A DNA stretch of 64,000 bases from an uncultured archaeon (lineage in GTDB: Archaea; Thermoproteota; Nitrososphaeria; Nitrososphaerales; Gagatemarchaeaceae). How positions within the stretch are numbered: the stretch's first letter is position 1; the number at the start of each line of letters is the position of its first letter. The notes under the pieces were generated by a model. That model did not search any database, was not told the DNA's origin, and was given only the letters and a program-made list of their open reading frames with translations. Both the position numbers and the translations under genes were made by a program. Below are positions 27,691 to 36,727 of the stretch, in pieces. Where the stretch lies: positions 64,001-128,000 of the forward strand of contig CAWCYD010000002.1 in NCBI GenBank assembly GCA_963799775.1, in the 5' to 3' direction.

Positions 27691-28896
27691 ATGGGCAGAG
27701 ACCCCACGTCTTTCCTGGGTGAAGAATACAGGGCGCTCGTCGCGAGCGACCTTGACTGGAAGATCAGGACTCTTCAGGGGCCTAGCACCCCATGGTGTCA
27801 CATCGACGGGAAGAAGGTGCTGATGCTCTGCTCCAACAACTATCTTGGGCTCACCAACCACCCTTCACTGAAGAAGGCGGCCGTCGACGCCGTCAATTCT
27901 CACGGCGCGGGCTCAGGCTCGGTGCGCGCGATCGCGGGCAACATGGACCTCCACATCCAGCTCGAGGAACGTCTCGCCCACTTCAAGCGCGCAGAGGCGT
28001 CGCTGGTCTACCAGACCGGCTATGCCGTCAACAGCGGCCTGATCCCCCAGCTGGTTGGAGAGCAGGACCTGGTGATCAGCGACGAGCTGAACCACGGGAG
28101 CATTATCGACGGGGTCAGGTTGTCCCGCGCGGAGAGGGCGGTCTACAAGCACGCCGACACTATGGACCTCTCGAGGGCCCTCGACGAGGCGGAGAGGCAC
28201 GTGCCCCAATATCGCCGGATACTGATAATCACGGACGGGGTCTTCTCGATGGACGGCGACATCGCCCCCCTCGACCAGATAGCCAGGCTGGCCGGCGAGC
28301 ACGGGGCTCTCGTCTACGTGGACGACGCTCACGGCGAAGGGGTCCTGGGAGACGGAGGACGCGGCATAGTCTCCCACTTCCATCTTGACAGGAGGCAGGT
28401 GCAGATCGAGATGGGCACCTTCTCAAAGGCCTTCGGCGTCGTAGGCGGGCACGTCTCCGGCTCGAGAGACCTGACCAACTTCGCCTACAACAAGTCGAGG
28501 ACCTGGCTGCTCAGCGGCTCGCACCCTCCTGCCGTGGCCGCGGCGTGCATCGCGGCGATCGACGTGCTCGAGAACGAGCCCGAGCGCGTCCAGACCCTCT
28601 GGAAGCACACCAGGCACTTCAAGCAGAGGATGAGCGAGCTCGGCTTTGACATAGGGAGGAGCGAGTCCCCGATCACGCCGATCATGGTCGGCGAGGCGGA
28701 GGTCGCAAAGAAGCTCAGCGCCCGCCTCTACGAAGAGGGCGTCTTCGCGCTGCCGATCGTCTTCCCCATGGTCGCAAAGGGCAGAGCGAGGATCAGGACG
28801 ATCATGAACGCCGCCCTCACCCCTGAGGACCTCGACTTTGCGATCGGCGCCTTTGAGAAGATCGGGAAGGAGCTCGCGCTCGTCGCCAGGCACTGA
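27691..28896 (+). CDS. kbl: Glycine C-acetyltransferase (2-amino-3-ketobutyrate CoA ligase)
   Basis: CSNNYLGL, SDELNHGSIIDG, TDGVFSMDGD, DDAH, GTFSKAFG, ARIR; tdh nearby. Confidence 0.85.
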   Translation: MGRDPTSFLGEEYRALVASDLDWKIRTLQGPSTPWCHIDGKKVLMLCSNNYLGLTNHPSLKKAAVDAVNSHGAGSGSVRAIAGNMDLHIQLEERLAHFKRAEASLVYQTGYAVNSGLIPQLVGEQDLVISDELNHGSIIDGVRLSRAERAVYKHADTMDLSRALDEAERHVPQYRRILIITDGVFSMDGDIAPLDQIARLAGEHGALVYVDDAHGEGVLGDGGRGIVSHFHLDRRQVQIEMGTFSKAFGVVGGHVSGSRDLTNFAYNKSRTWLLSGSHPPAVAAACIAAIDVLENEPERVQTLWKHTRHFKQRMSELGFDIGRSESPITPIMVGEAEVAKKLSARLYEEGVFALPIVFPMVAKGRARIRTIMNAALTPEDLDFAIGAFEKIGKELALVARH

Positions 28897-28902
28897 CCTG
28901 CC

Positions 28903-29229
28903 TCAGGCCATCGCCTGGGCTTGGATCAGTTCCTCGAGCTTCTCGAAATAGAGCCTGGTGGCGAGGGGCATGTCCTTCAGGTTCGCCTCTATCGCCTGGA
29001 TGACCTTGTCTACGGCCCGCCTTGAGGTCTTGAACTCGAACTTCATCGTCAGGATCGGGTCCCTGACGACCTGGATGCTGTCCCTTAGGTCGGGCGGCGC
29101 CCTGGCCTTCGCGTCGACCTCGACCTTTCGATACCAGGCCGCGAGCACCTCAGGGTCAAGGCCGAGCTTGAGCCGGTCTATCTCCTGGGCGAGCCTCTGG
29201 ATGAGCCTCATCTCGCTGCTGTCAGACAT
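28903..29229 (-). CDS. Hypothetical protein
   Basis: C-terminal part of ORF 28903-29682 from ATG 29229; compact, coding-like codon usage. Confidence 0.65.
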   Translation of the reverse strand: MSDSSEMRLIQRLAQEIDRLKLGLDPEVLAAWYRKVEVDAKARAPPDLRDSIQVVRDPILTMKFEFKTSRRAVDKVIQAIEANLKDMPLATRLYFEKLEELIQAQAMA

Positions 29230-29246
29230 GCGAGCCCACTCGATCC

Positions 29247-29657
29247 TCAGCTGCACCGGGACTGCAGGATCTCTGTCTTCTCGTACTCTGCTTCCCAGAC
29301 GTGCATGCTGTTCCTCGCCCTCCTCACTGTGATCAGGGCGTAGCCCTCCGGCGCGTCGGAGAGGGACTTCCGGAGTATCTCCTGCACGCTCTCGTGGTCC
29401 TCGTCGAAGGTCTTCACGATGTGCTGCTTGTATTTCTCGACCTCCTTCATATGGTCCTTCAAGCACAGGTTCTTTCCCTGGAACCGCGAGGAGGTCAGCA
29501 GCTTCACCTCTGTCCCGCAGAGGTCGCACTTCACGGTCTGCATCCCGCAGGAGAGGCATATCCTTCCCACGCCGATGACCATCGGGAAAGTCCCGGGCGT
29601 GGTCTCCTCCTTCCCGCAAAGGGAGCACTTCATCAGCTTGCCGGTCGAATGCTGCAT
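29247..29657 (-). CDS. Zinc-finger hypothetical protein
   Basis: CSLC, CLSC, CDLC, CLKDH. Confidence 0.7.
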   Translation of the reverse strand: MQHSTGKLMKCSLCGKEETTPGTFPMVIGVGRICLSCGMQTVKCDLCGTEVKLLTSSRFQGKNLCLKDHMKEVEKYKQHIVKTFDEDHESVQEILRKSLSDAPEGYALITVRRARNSMHVWEAEYEKTEILQSRCS

Positions 29658-29769
29658 GACTAGGACGTCCGAGAACGGCCATTGCTTAAGACGATTTCGC
29701 TCGGCGCGTCGAGTCGGGTGCTCGAGGAACGTTTAGTCTTATATAATCAATCGCCGTTTGTTCGCAAGA

Positions 29770-30384
29770 ATGGTCAGGGCGACCCGCGCCGTCCAAGTGA
29801 TTTCGGACGAGAAGACCGCTCGCCTACTGGTCGTCCCGATAAAGCGGCAGATCCTTAGGCACCTCGCCGAGCGCGAGCTGACCCAGAAGATGCTCGCGAA
29901 CCTGCTCGAGGTCTCGGACCCGACGATCAGCTACCACCTCCAGGCGCTCAAGTCGGCCGGCCTGGTCAAGGTCGTGCGACGGGAGCCCGAGCTCCACGGC
30001 ATAGTCCAGAACTTCTACAGGGCGAGCGCGACCTACTTCGTGGCTGACTACGGCGAGATGCCCCTCGACCTGAAGAGGTACTTCCTCGACGTCAACCTGG
30101 AGAGGCTCAGGGGTGTCTTCTCGATCCTGAGGGCTCTGAGAGGGATAAAGATCACGTTGACGAGCGCAGACATGGAGAAGCTCGCCGACCGGATCTCTCT
30201 GTCCGTCGCGGAGGTCGCTAAGGAGTATCAGGAGGCGTCTTTCGATGGAGGCAGGGAGTCGCTGATAATGAGCCTCTACGGCGACGCGCTCCAGCGGGTC
30301 ATAGAGAAGGCACCCTTCGAGCATATCTTCCCTAAGCTCCCAGTTGGCGGAGCTAGGCTTGCTGAAGGCCTGACCGCCGCTTCC
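29770..30384 (+). CDS. ArsR-family HTH regulator (3' end approximate)
   Basis: P.KRQIL..L....LT...LA..L.VS.PTISYHL..L..AGLV; TTATATAA ~30 bp upstream. ORF runs on antisense into the HAD gene, probably a lost stop. Confidence 0.8.
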
Positions 30385-31164
30385 TCAGATGCCTTCCGCG
30401 ATGTCGTCGACCGTCTCGACCACCGCGTCTGCCTGAGTTTTCGTCTCACCCCGGGAGAAGACCCCTGTCTTGACGATGATGCTCGTTATCCCCATCTTCT
30501 TCGCACCGACGATGTCCGTCTCCTCCTGGTCTCCCACCATCACCGCGTCCTCTGGCCTGCACCCGGCCTTCTCCAGGGCGAGCTCGAACATCAGCCGCGA
30601 CGGCTTGCCTATGGCGACGGCCCTCTTCCCGGACGCGTACTCTATCGCCTTGACGAGAGGGCCCACGGCCATGGCCACCCTGTTCCTGAACATGTAGAGC
30701 CGGGCGTTGTGGCAGGACACGATGGAGGCTCCGTTCCTCGCGACCTCCGCTGCCTTGTCCAATTTGTCGTAAGTGACCCACCTGTCCAGGCCCACAACGA
30801 CGACGTCGGCCTTGGTCCCTCTAGTCCTGCGCAGACCTTCCTTGTTGAGCTCCTCCTCCAGCCCGCGCTCGCCCACGAGGAAGTAGGCACCCTTGGGGTG
30901 GCGCTTCGCCACGTACTGGGCCGTGAGCTTGGCGCTTGTGAGTATCTCCTCGTACTTGACAGGAATGTCGAACCTCTGCAGCCGTTCGAGCACGGTCTCG
31001 ACCGTGTCGGTCGAGTCGTTCGTGACGACGAAGAACCGCTTTCCCTTGGCCCTTATCTTGTTCATGACCTTCGTGCCGCCCAGCTTCACAGGGCTCTCCT
31101 TCCCAGCCGTCAAGACGCCGTCGAGGTCGAAAAGGAAAAGCTTCTTCCTTTTCAGGTCTATCAT
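30385..31164 (-). CDS. HAD-IIA (NagD-like) phosphatase
   Basis: DLDGVL, VTND, GKPS, VGDQ.ETDI.GA. Confidence 0.9.
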   Translation of the reverse strand: MIDLKRKKLFLFDLDGVLTAGKESPVKLGGTKVMNKIRAKGKRFFVVTNDSTDTVETVLERLQRFDIPVKYEEILTSAKLTAQYVAKRHPKGAYFLVGERGLEEELNKEGLRRTRGTKADVVVVGLDRWVTYDKLDKAAEVARNGASIVSCHNARLYMFRNRVAMAVGPLVKAIEYASGKRAVAIGKPSRLMFELALEKAGCRPEDAVMVGDQEETDIVGAKKMGITSIIVKTGVFSRGETKTQADAVVETVDDIAEGI

Positions 31165-31347
31165 AATCTGCAAAAAAGCCGACGTCTCGGGTGACGATAT
31201 ATGACTTGCGGCACGACTGGCCTCCAACGACGCGGTCCCAGGGTTTGCGACGGGCAAAGCCTAATACCAGAGGGCCGTCCGATTGCTCCTTCGCTTGGAG
31301 AACGCCCTACATGTGCCAAGAGCACAAGGCGATGGGTCAAGATCCCG

Positions 31348-32842
31348 ATGTTGAGACCAGTCGCAATCCAGCGAAGGAGGAGGTCCACCGGCGAGACGCC
31401 CAAGTCAAGCCTGGACTCGGGAGAGACAGCGATAGTCGTCTTCGGCGCGTCTGGTGACGTGACGAGTCGAAAGCTCGTGCCGGCGCTCCACTCTCTGCAA
31501 TGCGCAGGCCTGGTCGGGAAGCAGATGCGGATCATCGGTTTCTCCAGAAGCAAGATGTCAGAGCAGGCCTTCCGCGAGAAGCTCCGCTCCGGAGTCATGC
31601 AGCACGCCCGGATAAAGCCGGGCAAGAGGAATCCTTGGAGAAGGTTCTCCGAGAACATCTCGTACCTGCAGGGGCGATACGACGACCCCAAGGGCTACCG
31701 CGCCCTCTCGGAGATGATCGAGGACGACGTGAATTGCCTGTTCTATCTGGCCACTCCGCCGGAGCTCTTCCCGATAATCGTGGGCCAGCTGGGCAGGTCG
31801 AAGCTCGGAAGCTCTGACTCGTCCTGGCGGCGGATAATGGTGGAGAAGCCCTTCGGCGTAGACCAGCGGACCGCCCATCAATTGAACTCCTCCATCCACG
31901 ACGTCTTCCGCGAGGACCAGGTCTACCGGATCGACCACTACCTGGGAAAGGAGACGGTCCAGAACATCCTGACGCTTCGCTTTGCCAACGTGATATTCGA
32001 GCCCATCTGGAACAGGAATTACGTAGACCACGTCCAGATCACGGCCGCGGAGACAGTCGGGATAGAGAGCCGGGGGGGCTACTACGAGCAGGCCGGCGTG
32101 ATCCGGGACATGGTCCAGAGCCACGTCCTCCAGCTCGTATGCCTCACAGCCATGGAGCCGCCGACCGCTTTCAACGAGACCGCGATCCGGGACGAGAAGG
32201 TCAAGGTCCATCGACGCCGTCCGCAAGCCGCGCCCTGCAGACGTGGTCTGGGGGCAATACGACGGCTACAGGTCCGAGTCCTACGTCGCCAAGGACTCCG
32301 AGGTCCCTACCTTCGCGGCCCTCAAGCTCTACATCGACAACTGGAGGTGGGACGGTGTCCCGTTCTACCTCAGGACGGGCAAGAGGCTCGCGCGAAAGGA
32401 CACCGAGATAGTCCTGAAGTTCAAGAGGATACCTCTGCTGCTCTTCCCGAAGGACAAGGATACCAGCCCCAACAAGCTCTCCCTCTCGATCCAGCCCAAC
32501 GAGGGGCTGCACCTGCGTTTGAAGGTCAAGGCGCCCGGGCTAGGGATGAAGACGTCGCCTGCGGACATGGTCTTCCACTACAAGAGGTTCGGTGAGAACG
32601 TCATACCCGAGGCATACGAGCCGCTGCTGCTGGACGCCATGCACGGGGATGCGACCCTCTTCGCCAGGGAGGACGAGGTGGAGACCGCCTGGTCGGTCGT
32701 GGACCCGCTCCTGAAGCCGCGACAGAACGGGGAGGCGGTCCCGAGGATGCGCATCTACAAGCCGGGCTCTTGGGGGCCCGATGCCGCCGACAGGCTCATA
32801 CAGGCCGACGGCCGCTCGTGGGAGCTCAGCGAATCGCCGTAG
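31348..32842 (+). CDS. zwf: Bacterial-type glucose-6-phosphate 1-dehydrogenase (frameshift ~32205)
   Basis: FGASGD..SRKL.PAL, EKPFG, YRIDHYLGKE, RDMVQSH, RW.GVPFYLRTGK, EAYE.LL.DA..GD. Confidence 0.95.
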
Positions 32843-32855
32843 TCGAGTCCAGGAT

Positions 32856-33524
32856 TCAGGTCTCTGCTATCACAGTGCACGGCACACTGTCCACGCCGTC
32901 CACGAACATGGGGGCCACGATGACCCTCCTCACGTCGTGAGGGTATCGGGCCAGGTGCATGTCCTCGACGATGAAGAAGTCCCTCCCGGTCAGCAGCTTC
33001 CTGTGGGAGCCTCGTCCCTCCTCCCTGTGAACGACGGAGCTGAGTGAGATGGCGTCGAGGCCCAGCGCCTTGAGCCCCCGGAAACGAGTCAGATAGCTCG
33101 CGGCATCGACGGAGAACCCCGGGTTCTGGGTCGAGAACTTCTTCGGGTCGGAGCTCCGGTAGCGCTCGAATCCGGTCCTTACGAGGAGCATGTCGCTCTT
33201 GCCTATCTCTTCCTCGAACCTTTCCAGGTCGCCGGGGAGGACGAGCTCCCCCTCGGCCTTTGGGACGTCAACCAGCAGGGGAGAGTCGAAGACAAGGTCC
33301 TCGGGGGAATACGACGCGATGGGCCTTCCTGCCTCGCTGAAGTGTCTGGGCGCGTCGATGTGGGTCCCAAGGTGGCAGGGCAGGGATATCCAGTAGTTGT
33401 TGCTGCTCCCACCCGTCGCGATCTCCTTGATCGCGTTGATCCGCATGCCCTCGCCCCCAGCGAAGGCGGGCGTGGATGTGCTGAGATGATGAGAGAGCAG
33501 CGTCAGCATGTCCGCAGGGCTCAT
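32856..33524 (-). CDS. Cyclase/kynurenine-formamidase family metallohydrolase
   Basis: H.GTHIDAP.HF motif, LVRTG, H..LL...IVE. Confidence 0.88.
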   Translation of the reverse strand: MSPADMLTLLSHHLSTSTPAFAGGEGMRINAIKEIATGGSSNNYWISLPCHLGTHIDAPRHFSEAGRPIASYSPEDLVFDSPLLVDVPKAEGELVLPGDLERFEEEIGKSDMLLVRTGFERYRSSDPKKFSTQNPGFSVDAASYLTRFRGLKALGLDAISLSSVVHREEGRGSHRKLLTGRDFFIVEDMHLARYPHDVRRVIVAPMFVDGVDSVPCTVIAET

Positions 33525-33576
33525 GTCTCCTCCTCATAGATAAGACGATTGACCCGCAGACGCTTGATGCGGCGCG

Positions 33577-35397
33577 CTATCGAGCGCCTTCGGACGACGG
33601 GTTCTGGGTCGGGCGACCCACCGCCGGCATCGCCGTAAGCTCAGGCGTCTCCTGCGGCAGCGCTCCCTTGATGCGCAGCTTCGAGTAAAGGCGGCTGACA
33701 TAGTCGTCCACCATCCGGTAGCAACTGAAGTTGGGGCCGATGGTCGCGATGCTCCGTTTGGCGATCGTCCACCATTCGTCCTTGTTCTGGTAGTAGAGGG
33801 GCAAAATCTGGGACGACAGCTTGTCATAGACGTCCTGCGCGTCCTCCGACTCTGACGAGACGGTCGAGATGTCGTGCCACCCCGACCTCTTCCCTATGCA
33901 CCAGCCGTTCACGCCGTCGATCCCTGCCTCCAGCCACCAACCGTCCTGAGAGCTGAGGTTCAAGACCCCGTTAATCGCCGCCTTCATCCCGCTCGTCCCG
34001 CACGCCTCGAGGGGCCTCCTCGGGCTGTTGAGCCAGACGTCGCACCCTGCGACCAGGGCCCTCGCAGTGTCGATGTCATAGTCCTCGAGGTAGACGAGCC
34101 TCACGTCTGGCGACGCCTTCTCCAACTGCTCCCCCTTGTCCAGGATGTCTCTCAGCATCCCCTTGCCGACGTCATCGGCAGGGTGGGTCTTCCCGGAGAA
34201 GATCAGCTGGATCTTGCCGTGCCTGCTCGCTAGCTCGATCAGCCTCTCGGGGTTCCTCAAGATTAGATTGTTGCTCTTGTAGGCGGTGACCCTCTTCGCT
34301 TGCCCAATGGTCAGCGCGTCCTTCTCGAGCCGTATTCCAGTCCTGTCTCTCACCAGCCCGAGCATCTCTGCCTTGGCTGCTTGGTGTGCGCTCGCGAGCT
34401 CTTCGGAGGGCAGAGTGAGCGCCCCGCCCAGGAGCGATGGGCTCTCTTCCCATCCAGGGGTGTGCCTGTCGTATACCCTCCTCAGCTCGGCGTGGACCCA
34501 ACGGAGGTGGTTCACCCCGTTGGTCACGTACTCTATCCCCTTGTGGCGCAGTATGCTCTCTGCCACGAACCTGTGCTTCAGGGAGACCGCGTTCGTGAGC
34601 CCGCTGTAATGGAGCGCCAGCCTCGAAAGGTTGATCCTTCCGTCTTCCGCCTCCGAATCCCAGTCCATCCCGTGCGCGCGCTGGAACGCCTGCTTCACCA
34701 TCGCTACAGGGAATATGTCGATTCCGGCCGGGACGGGAGTGTGGGTGGTGAAGACCACCCTCTTCCTCACCTCTTCCCTGGACTTGTGCTCCCTCATCAG
34801 CTCGCTCGAGACAAGCGCCGCATGTCCCTCATGGAGGTGATAGATGTCAACATGATATGCCAGGGCTTTCAGCATCCTGTATCCGCCCACGCCCAACACC
34901 GTCTCCTGCGAGAGGCGATGCCATAGGTCTCCGCCGTAGAGCCTGTCCGTGATCATTCGTCCTTCCTCGTCGTTCTCCGGAAGGTCCGTGTGGAGGAAGA
35001 TCACCGGGACGTCAACCTTTCCTCTTATGACGCTCCCCCACGCGCCGACCCAGACCGTCTTCTCGTTGAGCTCGACGGGCACCTTGCTCTTCAATGGAGA
35101 GAGGAACCTGGCCGGCTCGAAGCTGGCGTCGGAGTCGATCTGCCCAGCGTTCCTGTCGAGTTTCTGTCGCGTGTAGCCCTTCCGATACAAGAGAGAGACG
35201 AAGACAGCCGGGACTCCCTTCTCGGCCAAGGAGAAGGCGTAATCCCCCGCGAGTATCCCTAATCCTCCACTGTAAGTGGGAATCTCGCTTCGAAGGCCTA
35301 TTTCCATCACAAAGTTGGCTACTCTAGTGGGTTCCAGTGGCTTGCACGCATCCGTGTAGGCGCTGAGGAGGCTCGCGCCTTCGTCGTCTTTAAACAT
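33577..35397 (-). CDS. glgP: Alpha-glucan phosphorylase
   Basis: YSGGLGILAGD, LYGGD..RL.QE..LG.GG, FTTHTPVPAG, EACGTSGMKAA.NG. Confidence 0.93.
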   Translation of the reverse strand: MFKDDEGASLLSAYTDACKPLEPTRVANFVMEIGLRSEIPTYSGGLGILAGDYAFSLAEKGVPAVFVSLLYRKGYTRQKLDRNAGQIDSDASFEPARFLSPLKSKVPVELNEKTVWVGAWGSVIRGKVDVPVIFLHTDLPENDEEGRMITDRLYGGDLWHRLSQETVLGVGGYRMLKALAYHVDIYHLHEGHAALVSSELMREHKSREEVRKRVVFTTHTPVPAGIDIFPVAMVKQAFQRAHGMDWDSEAEDGRINLSRLALHYSGLTNAVSLKHRFVAESILRHKGIEYVTNGVNHLRWVHAELRRVYDRHTPGWEESPSLLGGALTLPSEELASAHQAAKAEMLGLVRDRTGIRLEKDALTIGQAKRVTAYKSNNLILRNPERLIELASRHGKIQLIFSGKTHPADDVGKGMLRDILDKGEQLEKASPDVRLVYLEDYDIDTARALVAGCDVWLNSPRRPLEACGTSGMKAAINGVLNLSSQDGWWLEAGIDGVNGWCIGKRSGWHDISTVSSESEDAQDVYDKLSSQILPLYYQNKDEWWTIAKRSIATIGPNFSCYRMVDDYVSRLYSKLRIKGALPQETPELTAMPAVGRPTQNPSSEGAR

Positions 35398-35517
35398 GTC
35401 GCTGCATGATTGTTACGAATCCTCTTATCGGGATGGTAAAAATCAGCAAGTAGATTTTCTGTGCTTCGGACGGGGGTTCTCACCCGGTTCGACGGAGACC
35501 CGCACCTCGCGGGACGA

Positions 35518-35757
35518 CTAGCCCTCTTCGACTACGTTCTCCACCGACTGGACCTGGATGACGCTGTATGACCAGATGAGCCCTCTTTCCTTCAGAGACT
35601 TCATGTCAAGGAGCTTGGGCCAGCTGAATCTGAGGTGCTGAGACTGGGAGTGGGGAATCAGGGTCCCGTCCCTCTCCATCCAGTTGAAGAACGTCTCGGC
35701 GGCGCGGACATGGACGATGTAGCGGTACTCGATGTCGGGCTCCTCCGACCCAGCCAT
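35518..35757 (-). CDS. Small hypothetical protein, paralogue of 61562-61825
   Basis: Shared EYRYIVHV.A.E.F..M.R.G and RGLIWSYSVI.V......EEG. Confidence 0.65.
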   Translation of the reverse strand: MAGSEEPDIEYRYIVHVRAAETFFNWMERDGTLIPHSQSQHLRFSWPKLLDMKSLKERGLIWSYSVIQVQSVENVVEEG

Positions 35758-35890
35758 CGATTCGACCGAACGTTCGCCGTAATCGTTTTGCTCCATGCAG
35801 CAGAACGACCTGCAAACCATGGAATCTGGCTTTAAGGTTGCCCATGATTCTACTAGAATGGCATCTGGAGGCGAGAACGATGCCCGCGCC

Positions 35891-35930
35891 GTTAACAATC
35901 TTCTAGAACTGTCCATCAAGGATTTTTATT
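35891..35930 (+). promoter_or_regulatory. Palindromic site GTTAACAATCTTCTA plus half-site TAGAAC upstream of the TM_helix-treS-glgX-treY operon
   Basis: Exact reverse complement of the shared 12-mer at 35894-35905; TTTATT downstream. Confidence 0.7.
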
Positions 35931-36050
35931 CCGCGCAGAGCGAAATTTTGCTCCCATGCCGAGCGGAAATTCTTGGCGCCGCGTCTCTGGCGGGGCGCTA
36001 GACCCCATGCGCAGCGACCGCGGAAGGAAATCCAAGAAGACTGTCGGCGC

Positions 36051-36713
36051 TTGATTCTTCAAGCGGTTCCCTCGACCCAGCTGGTCCCCGACCTAGACCT
36101 GGTCGCGTTCAGGATACTCGTCTTCGCCGTAGTCCTTCTCATAGCCTGGGCCGCGGGGAAGCTCGCGGGGATGCTCCTCGGGAGGCTAGTCGCCCGCACG
36201 GGAGGGGACGCCGTCCTTCGACAGACCGTCGTGGGGCGGGCCCTCCAAAAGTCAGGCTACAACGCCTACTCGCTAGGCAACTCCCTCACAAAGTGGGTGA
36301 TCTACCTCGTAGGCTTCCTCTACGCGCTGGAGACTCTCGACATCGACTTCGTCTCCGGCTCGGTCGCCTCCTTCCTCGCCTACCTTCCCACCCTCGTCGG
36401 GGCGCTCATCATCTTCCTGGTCGGCGTGATAGTCTCGGACTGGGTCGGTGAGCTCATCAAGAAGAGCGGCCCCTCGGAGGTGAGGGACGTGCTCTACCTC
36501 TCCGTCGTGGGGAACAGCGTCAAGGCCATACTCTACTTCGTCACGATAACGATAGTGCTGGGCCGCCTGGGAGTCGACGTGACCATCCTCAACGTCATCG
36601 CCCAAGCCTTCGCGTGGTCGGTGGCGATAGGCGTCGGCGTCGCCTCGGGACTGGTCGTGGGCTGGATTCTCAAGGACAAGGTAAAGAGCTGGCTTTCGAA
36701 CAACCTGTCGTGA
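36051..36713 (+). CDS. TM_helix-repeat membrane protein (MscS-TM/CmpX-like)
   Basis: FLAYLPTLVGALIIFLVG repeat, multiple TMs, no MscS beta domain; heads the treS operon. Confidence 0.75.
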   Translation: MILQAVPSTQLVPDLDLVAFRILVFAVVLLIAWAAGKLAGMLLGRLVARTGGDAVLRQTVVGRALQKSGYNAYSLGNSLTKWVIYLVGFLYALETLDIDFVSGSVASFLAYLPTLVGALIIFLVGVIVSDWVGELIKKSGPSEVRDVLYLSVVGNSVKAILYFVTITIVLGRLGVDVTILNVIAQAFAWSVAIGVGVASGLVVGWILKDKVKSWLSNNLS

Positions 36714-36727
36714 GAGGTCGAGACTAG

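Noticed and set aside
29758-31194. 478-aa ArsR fusion ORF
   Set aside because: The C-terminal part is the antisense shadow of the HAD-IIA gene.
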